From: Octopus vulgaris
Lineage: Eukaryota
Assembly: GCA_951406725.2 (NCBI GenBank)
Contig: OX597822.1
Span: 51,026,001 to 51,090,000 of the forward strand
Reading direction: 5' to 3'
Length of the DNA stretch: 64,000 bases
The position numbers and the translations under genes are program-made. Shown here one piece after another: positions 55,400 to 64,000 of this stretch. Below the pieces are notes generated by a model. The model did not search any database and was not told the origin of the DNA. It saw nothing but the letters and a program-made list of their open reading frames with translations. Position 1 is the first letter of the stretch, and every line of letters starts with the position of its first letter.

Positions 55400-55620
55400 A
55401 GTGGAGAAAGCGTGACTTAGTGACTGGGATGTTGCACTCACGATCCTAACATCGTAGTTTCGATATCTGGATCGGATGATGCGTTGTTTTCTTGAGTAAC
55501 ACATTGTTCCAAACCACTCAGCTGACAGAAAATATGATTAATTCTGCAACACCACAGTATGAGGGCCAGAGGGGCAATTTATACATCACAGAATCCGGGT
55601 AGTCACTCTTATGTATACGT
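55400..55620 (+). mobile_element. SINE family C, diverged
   Basis: tRNA-like head (tgacttagtg..gtttcgat), then gttgttttcttgag..ccactcagctg. Confidence 0.6.
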
Positions 55621-57570
55621 GTCTCGGGAAATAATTTGTTACTTTGGAAACTAAGCAGTCAGGCAAAACTACTTTTAGAGTGGTTTAAAACGTAAATGCG
55701 CGAAGAATATAATAAAATAAGTAATCTATGTTGCCAAATATCCGACGAAAAATGGTTTCGAATACCAAAGGCTGAAAATTATATACTTTTCTTATTTGGC
55801 TACATGCAGGTAAAACTATCGAACATATCTGATTCTTTAATCGAAGTAGTACTGTGCCGTGTAACGATAGCACTAAAGCTATAATGTTGTAATGTGACGC
55901 CTCCGATTTTCCTCGAATGTTCTAAAGTGAAGTATGAAGTCGATACGGCCAGACTAAACTATATCTTCAGAAAGCTTCTTGGTACCAAGGTGGTTCTAAA
56001 AGAGACGCCATTGTGCAGTAACGTACGAGCCACCAGTTGAGCAATATCCTGTGATTGAAATTTGAATGAAGTAAATGCTAGGACTAATGTGATAGCACAT
56101 AGCCTTGAAAGCGATGCACTTGTAATGTTATAGTTGAATGTATGAAATCAGTTAAACGTAAAGTAATATATCAAATGAAAATACAGAAATATTTAGAACG
56201 TAGTGAATGATTCCAGAAAATTAGATTGACCCTGTTCTTTTAAATAGGAAAAACAGTATAAATCTACTTCTCTGGCCAACTACATATATTACCTCATCAA
56301 AAAATATTTCATACGATATAACGTGGTCCGTTATTAACTCGTGTCCTCCATACAATATCCAAACTTCTCTGTGTTTTGAATAGATTCTTTGAAGTCAAAA
56401 TACTTGAAAGAATCTTTACTAATCCTAACGCATAAATCAACACAGTTTCTTCAACAAACATGTTGAAGCATTCCCCTTTTGTGTTCATAGATTCTTTAAG
56501 ACGTTTAGGTTTTACCACATATGTAAATGCAGTAAAACAAATATATCTGTATAGCTCTCTTAACACTACTTTCACTAAAAACTTGCCGAGACATTGCATA
56601 ATCCTAAATAAATTAATATAGTTACTTTATCGTCTTTTATTCCTTTCTCCTAATTCGTCATAAATCACTCAATTCTGAAAGCAACTTCTGGCTATACTTT
56701 CACTCTTCACCTCACTTATGATTTATATTAAAACTATTTAAATTAAACATTGGTTAATTTAAATTTATGTAAGTAGTGTATCTAATATATTTATTCAACC
56801 TATTAAGTTATTTTGATTTATTTTATTTCATTTTGTTTGTTTTATCTTTTGTTTATTTCACTCTGTTCAAATCTAGTGAAAATTTAATACATTTTTATTG
56901 CTTATGACTATACTCCCAATAATATTCAAAATATATGTTTATATTACTATAGCTTACACCGAGAACCAGTTGAAGTTTAACACTTCCTCAACACACACGT
57001 GCTGGAATCACTATTAAACTTCTATTGTGTGACAACCATCAAACGCTACTCCCCACTGCTCTGGCTACCCAATAATTCTAGCCACACTTGTAGCCACTAC
57101 AATTAAGTTCTTACCATTATACATATGTTTTTCTTCATACCTTACCAGTAAACATCTTCCATAAGTATTTCCGTATCCTCTATTCCTTTATACGCATGTC
57201 TGTATGTTAATATATTCTTTTGGGCATACATATGTGTGCATGTGATTGAGTATAAGTGTGTGTGAGTGTTTGTGTGCCCGCGCGCGTATGTGTGTGTGTT
57301 TGTGTGTACATCTGTGCGTCTATGTATTTATATGTATGTGTGTTTCCCTGTGTATATGCACACACTCACATATATCCTTATCACTGAGTTATATAGGCCT
57401 TCACTATACCAGTCGGTCTCTACTCTCATGCATTTACGAGTCTATCTTTCCTTTATGCTGTCCTCGTATTCCTCCCAGACCTTCCACTCATAACTTACCT
57501 TACTCTCCCTTCAACGATGGAACTAGTTACTTCTAATATCTCTTATTAAAGATATTTTTTTAAAATTCTT

Positions 57571-57665
57571 CTTCTCTGAAGAGGGTATAATTTACTGATA
57601 TAGGAATCTTTGCTCAATGAACTATGCTCCACATGCACAGTTATACTACAAACAGCTGTACGAGA
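57571..57665 (+). ncRNA. Decayed hammerhead-like motif (G12 lost)
   Basis: CTGAAGA-GGGTATAA..TTATACTA-CAAA-CAGCTG-TA-CGAGA. Perfect palindromic stem III ACAGCTGT. Confidence 0.45.
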
Positions 57666-59711
57666 CTGTATGCATTATTTCTTAATCGCTTATTTATTCT
57701 GACAACTCCGCAATCATGTTTGTATAATAAATTACATGCATTAAGTAACACCTCTTCTATTACTAGTCCATTCTTTCTTTCTATAATGTGTGTGTGTGTG
57801 TCTGTGTGCATATGTGTGTGTGCGTGTGTGCATATCTGTGTTTGCACGTGTGCGTGAGTATGTGTATGTATCTATATAATATATACATATATGTGTGCAC
57901 GAATGCGTGTATAAGTGTATGGATAAGTGTGTGTGTGTGTGTGTGTGTTATGTTCTAAGCAGAATGCAAGCTACTTTTAGCGTACTGTGTCAGTCGGTTA
58001 CATCAACACGTGACCCTGAGGAAACTATGATAACATGTCTGGAGAGTTCAAACAAACAGTGGGATCAGAGTTGATTGTACAGACAACGTAATAAATCGGA
58101 CGGAATAATGCTTCACATTGTTCGACACTAACGATTGAACGAATCAGAACTCATCTGAAACTCATAGTTAGAGCGGTTATGTTCAACTCACATTTGAAAT
58201 ATATGTGACAGTATAACTTCTTGAAAGTTTTGACGTCACATATATATATTCACCGACCTGTTGATGAAACATAGAATCATTTCTTCTGCCTGAATAACAA
58301 AATCACTTGCTGTCTTCAATATTTGAAATGTCCTCCTAGGCTGCAATATATTTTTAAAATATTGCACTGCTTACAATATGGAAAACGGGAAATTCATCGC
58401 AGTATTCATCTTTGTCCTCATTGTTATCTAGTTGAACTATCCGATTCAATTATGGTTTATAATTATTATTATGTTGCATTTACGACTGAAATGAAAGACC
58501 GCATAAAACATGTTGAATAGACAAATCTACTCGAAAATATCTTCAAATTGAATTCATTATAATTAACGGAAATGACAATACTGTGTTGCTTCACCAATCG
58601 ACTTTGTTTCCGTTGTATAGTGTATATCGAAATGTAGCCGATGCTTCAGATAATACTTAAGAATGCATTTAGTTTAATGATATGCAATAATACTTCACTC
58701 GTAAGTAAACTTTTGAAAACATCTATAACTGTTGAAATGCTTTTTCATTCACAGCAAAAGGAAGACAGACATATGTGTATTGGCGTCCACTTTTAAAATT
58801 CATGAAAATTGAATTTTTAAGGTGTGATGAATTTATAAGTCATCACCTGCTATTATCTATTACTATTTCATTTTTCCCATACTGACGAAATGGTAAAAAA
58901 AAAACGAAAGCAGGGTTCAAATATAACTTAATCGGATATAATTAAAAATATATTTAATTTAAGATCGTAGTAATTCTGATATCTAAACCACCTGTGCAGT
59001 TATTAACTTTTGTTAATGGGTTTAACAGTTTTCATATATCCATGTTTACGCTAGTTCAGATGTGAAAGAACATGCAAATACATGGATACTGTCAGTTATC
59101 TATCTGTCCAGCTATTTGTTATGATGCAGGGTTAAGAATAATCCAAATCAAGTATAATCCCTTTCAGTTAGGTCTCGTGAACCAACATGCACTCTAACAA
59201 CTGTTAATTCTTATTTCTTTACCCCCCCCCCCAAAGAAAATGAAAAATGGCTAACATTTCCTTCGAACTTTGCCTTTGTTAGGTTTATTTAAACCTCATA
59301 GAAACCCTCTCAACATATTGCTATGGTGCTACCACACCACTCCTGCTCATGATCTGAGGTGCACATATTGTCAGCAATTAAGGCACACGTTCAAGTGGTT
59401 ATGGTCAAGCAACTGACAAGCAAATCTGTGCAGATTATTTGTCAGCACTGAATCTGTCTGAAATGTAAAAGAAAATACGTCTGTTTTTGTTTTTGTCCAG
59501 GTCACAAAACCAATGTTTGAAGGGAATAGTTGTCGTCTCCTTTTATTTCTAGACAGAAGCAAATAACCAATAACATTCACTGACCAAAGACAAAATATAT
59601 AAACAGATAAATAAATAAAAATTGTGTTACATCGTGTAATTTTCACACGGATCACTACTTTGAAATCGGCCATCATACAAAGAGAGCGGTATTATTATTT
59701 TTTTTTAATCA

Positions 59712-60120
59712 CAGGAGTGGCTGTGCGGTAAGTAGCTTGCTTACCAGCCACATGGTTCCGGGTTCAGTCCCACTGCGTGGCACCTTGGGCAAGTGTCTTC
59801 TGCTATAGCCCCGGGCCGACCAAAGCCTTGTGAGTGGATTTGGTAGACGGAAACTGAAAGAAGCCCGTCGTATATATGTATATATATATATATATATATA
59901 TGTGCGTGTATGTTTATGTGTGTGTTTGTCCCCCTAGCATTGCTTGACAACCGATGCTGGTGTGTGTATGTCCCCGTCGCTTAGCGGTTCGGCAAAAGAG
60001 ACTGACAGAATAAGTACTGTGCTTACAAAGAATAAGTCCTGGGGTCGAGTTGCTCGATTAAAGGCGGTGCTCCACCATGGCCGCAGTCAAATGACTGAAA
60101 CAAGTAAAAGAGAGTAAAAG
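59712..60120 (+). mobile_element. SINE family A, complete reference-like copy (tRNA-derived head, CORE-like segment, internal microsatellite)
   Basis: A box TGGCTGTGCGG, B box GGTTCAGTCCC, CORE-like ACCTTGGGCAAGT, tail AGTAAAAG repeats. About ten relatives in the window. Confidence 0.93.
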
Positions 60121-60624
60121 CGACATGCTTGCATCCATTTAAGTACTATTTTTTATGAAAATATTTGTCGAAGATAATAAATAAGCATAAAAAAATATTT
60201 GCTACCAGTAAGGAAAAATTATTGAACAGTAATTGTAGAAGATAATACCAACCAATTTGATAACTCTTTAGCATAATATGTTACACTTATAGAAACATAT
60301 GCTTTTATTCAGAAAGAATAATTGCCTGAAATATTTCCTGCAATTTGAGCCTTGGAAACAATTTTCCATTATTGCGTGTCTTGGTCTCAGAATTATAAGA
60401 TCCCCAATTAAAAGAAATTCCTCGGAAATGAAAAGAAAAACTTCAATAATGAATGAGCATCACGAGCAATAACAATAATTGCACATAAAAAAAAAAAAAC
60501 GCAGCAATACTACCGATGAGAAAATTACGAAAACACGACAATAAGAAAATTACTAATTATGTGAAAAATCACTTGTCAATACGAAAACACTAGTGCCCCT
60601 AATACAACTGTTAAAAATGAGATA

Positions 60625-60764
60625 ATGATGATGAAGACGACGATGATGATGATGGTGGTGGTGGTGGTGGTAATGTTGGTGGTGGTAGTGGTGGTGGTTG
60701 AAATGGTGATTACGATCACGTTGGTGGCGCTGTTGATTATTGCAGTAGTAGTAGAAGTAGTAGT

Positions 60765-60821
<57 letters not shown>

Positions 60822-60960
60822 TGCAGCAGCAACAGCAGCAGCAGTAGTAGTAGTAGTTGTGGTGGTGGTGATGGTCGTGGAAGTAGTGCTGGTGGGAATG
60901 GCAGTGGTGGAAGCGGTGTTGGTGGTGGTGGTAGTGGTGACGATGATAACGATATCGATG
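60625..60960. repeat. Compound trinucleotide repeat (GAT/GGT/GTA/GCA)n
   Basis: Direct inspection. Confidence 0.97.
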
Positions 60961-61661
60961 TTTCTGATGAGAGAAGGAACGAACTATAAAAAATGAGGCG
61001 GGTAGGTGAGGTATGTATTGATTGTATTAATGGATGTGAAACAAATGTAGAATAAAAGTATTAGCAGAAGGAAATGTTTTAAAATATTTCAAAGATATAA
61101 ACTTTACTCGTGAAATAAATTGATTCACAAAGTGTTCTCATCCTGAGCTGGCATATTTCCACATTCAACGCAGGCAACGACAAACAGAATGCTGTCACAT
61201 CTTACACACATAAATATATAATATAAATGTGAGTGAGTGTGTTTTTATATTTATTTTTATATATATATCTTTGCTATTATGCAAAGTGCCGTAAGTCCAA
61301 AACATTGCTGTTTCACCATTCTATAGCAAAATCGTTGTACTACACTTTGACAATTTTTGATATCTTGGCATCTAAAGCAGCTGGAGATAAGATAGTTTGA
61401 TCAGAAGAAGCGACTATTGCTAGTAATATTTAGTATTGAAAAATTCGCATTTGGCAACATTTGGACATATGACAGTTTATATATATATGTGTGTGTGAAA
61501 AATTTGTCACAGGTAAAATAGTAGTGCCCGTAATACGATTGTTAATAATGAGGTGATGATGATGGTTGTGGTGGTGATAGATGTTGTGGTGGTCTATTAA
61601 TTTTGCTTTTATGTTCTAAATTCTAAGCCAAATTTTGAAATTGTAATATATATATATATAC

Positions 61662-61717
<56 letters not shown>

Positions 61718-61905
61718 TATATATATACGTGTGTATATATTTATATATATATAATATATATATTATATGCATATATATGTTTGTGTATATATATATATAA
61801 ATATATTATATATATATACATGTGTATATATTTATATATATACACATATATATATATTATATGCATATATAGATATGCTTACATGCATATATATTTGTGT
61901 ATATA

Positions 61906-61977
<72 letters not shown>

Positions 61978-61983
<6 letters not shown>

Positions 61984-62202
61984 TGACCGACCAGTCCGTG
62001 AGGCGTCTATTTGACACCGCTGGTTACATCTGGATACGTCGGCCGGTTCACCGATAATCGGTGAACCCGCGCAGCTGTCGGGTGGTACCCGCGCGAGCGG
62101 AAACGACCACCCGAAAGGTCTCCACGGTGGTGGAGTTACGATTTCAGGAGGACGATTTGGATCACGTGGATGAGAAAGGCGCGATCCAGAGAGGAGTGGA
62201 CA
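61978..62202. mobile_element. Short RTE LINE 3' fragment in (TA)n, probably with 5' inversion
   Basis: 62029-62202 (+) reads [56 protein letters not shown] (RTE C-terminus). 62028-61978 (-) reads [16 protein letters not shown]. Confidence 0.85.
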
Positions 62203-62224
62203 TATATATATACATATATATATA

Positions 62225-62460
62225 TTCTTTTATTCCTTTTTTTATTTTTTTACTTTCAGTAAATTCTCTGCAGCCTTGCTGGGGCACCGCCTTTTGTCAA
62301 ACAAATCACCCCAAGTTTTATTATGTGTAAACCTAGCATTTATTCTATAGGTATCTAATGCCGAACTGCTATTTTACCGAGACGTAAATGCACCAGCGTC
62401 GGTTGTCAAGCGGTGTTGGGCGGACAAAGACAGACACATAAATATATACACACACGTACG

Positions 62461-62496
<36 letters not shown>

Positions 62497-62625
62497 CGAC
62501 GGGCTTCTTTCAGTTTCCGCCTACCAAATCCACTCACAAAGTTCTGGTCAGCCCACGACTATAGTAGAAGAACCCGGAAGCATGTTGTTTGTAAGCAAGC
62601 TACTTATCCAACAGCCACTTCTGCG
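62225..62625 (-). mobile_element. SINE family A
   Basis: cgacgggcttctttcagtttccgcctaccaaatccactcacaa and other segments are the reverse complement of the 59712 copy. Confidence 0.9.
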
Positions 62626-62630
62626 TGTGT

Positions 62631-62702
<72 letters not shown>

Positions 62703-62778
62703 CCTACATATATTTATACACATACATATGAGATAGTGCGGTTTATGTATGTGTATCTCCATGTATAATACAAACATA

Positions 62779-62828
<50 letters not shown>

Positions 62829-63317
62829 CACACACATCTGTATTAATGTGTGTATGTGTCTGTGTGCATATGTATGTTTGTACGTACATATGTATGTATT
62901 CATGCATTATTTACTTTTGCTGCAGAAGAAAATAGAACAGAGAGAACATGAAAAAAGCGGCGTTTGTTAATATTTCCACTTTGAAAATAAGCAATGTCAT
63001 AATCACAGAAGGAGATACTTTTTTTAATCTTAAAAGTCGTTTCTGTGTGAATTTATACTTCAAACATACTGAATACGTTAAAGGCTGTTTTCTAATCTCG
63101 TTTGCCGTCTGTGTTTTACGCTTGGTGTTAACTTTGACGAGGTCGAATATTTACAGCACATATTATATAACGCAATATATATCATCATATAATATTACAG
63201 TATCGAATACAACTGCTGTGTTTTCTTTCTTCCGTGGAGTGGATAAAGAATTTAAGTCTATCCGGTATGTGGTTGCAGCTCTGGAGTACAGAAGGCTTGT
63301 AAAGTATAAATGTACAC

Positions 63318-64000
63318 TGTTGTATAGTGAAACTCTACAATCCTCCCGGTTAAAAGTATTAGTAGTCAACCATTATAAATAGACCAGTAGCCGTTCAGGA
63401 GGGGAAAGGTCACGAAGACCGAGGGCACGACTGTGTTGATAGCTGTGTCTGTGCTGATATAGTAATTATACTGCGATACAGAGCGGACTTTATATCGATC
63501 CAACCTTTCGAGAATAATAACACTGTGCAACAGAAGGTTGTACAGTGCCAGATAGAAACATTCTATCGACGACTTCGAAATATAACATTATCTGTCAGAG
63601 CAACAACTGTCGTCAAAAGACAGATACAACAATAGCAATAGACGAGTTTACAGCAGTGGCGACGAGGAAAGATGAATTTGCGCGGAGTGGAAAAAAAAAC
63701 CATCATGCGGACAGTTTAAACTAATTCACGTGGAAAATTAAATACCTTGACAAAAATAAACAAAAATCTTGTTGCACAAATTTACGAAAAACGTAAAATA
63801 TGGAAGACTTGTTAGCTGGGATATTTGAGTTGCAAAAACAGCAACAACAACAATTCGAGGAACAATGAGAACTACAACGAGGATTGCAGCAGCAAATGTT
63901 ACACTTAATGAAGTTGCTAACAAAACCGGAGAATACATTTTCGCCTAACCATAAGCGAATTCAAAGATGCCCCCGAAGAAGGAACAATCTTCGTGGCTTA
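63318..64000 (+). mobile_element. Gypsy (Mag-like) LTR retrotransposon 5' end: LTR, PBS and start of gag
   Basis: LTR TGTTGTA..TACAGCA (63318-63655); PBS TGGCGACGAG (63657); gag from ATG 63800, MEDLL..QQQQ..(stop, frameshift)..SEFKDAPEEGTIFVA, resembling the Mag F.YDPE.G.TF motif. Confidence 0.85.

Noticed and set aside
59712-59785. tRNA gene
   Set aside because: The A and B boxes belong to a SINE head; no cloverleaf.
60625-60996. 123-aa poly-Val/Ala ORF
   Set aside because: Pure trinucleotide repeat with no non-repetitive coding content or exon context.
62041-62135. GC-rich hairpins suggesting a structured ncRNA, ribozyme or solo LTR
   Set aside because: No CUGANGA core, and the sequence translates as an RTE RT C-terminus.

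Overview
AT-rich, repeat-dense animal genomic DNA. The SINE families and the dense (TA)n/(CA)n microsatellites suggest an octopus (coleoid cephalopod); this is recognition, not a search result. I found no intact host protein-coding gene, and almost all ORF-track entries are microsatellite or antisense artefacts. The window is a transposon graveyard: Tc1/mariner copies (two near full length), a pogo-like fragment, a piggyBac, two Helitrons, R4/Dong-like and RTE LINE pieces, Penelope-like elements (PLE), the 5' end of a Gypsy LTR element and many tRNA-derived SINEs. The most interesting signal is a set of type I hammerhead-ribozyme motifs with palindromic stem III: ~27.0 kb, both arms of a 201-bp near-perfect palindrome at 36.4-36.8 kb, ~45.0 kb, and a decayed one at ~57.6 kb. 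Some sit at PLE 3' ends and some in non-coding inserts. Also notable: a probable twin-primed RTE insertion, a microhomology-bounded templated insertion in a Helitron, and a foldback element carrying TTAGGG-like repeats. Boundaries of decayed elements are approximate.
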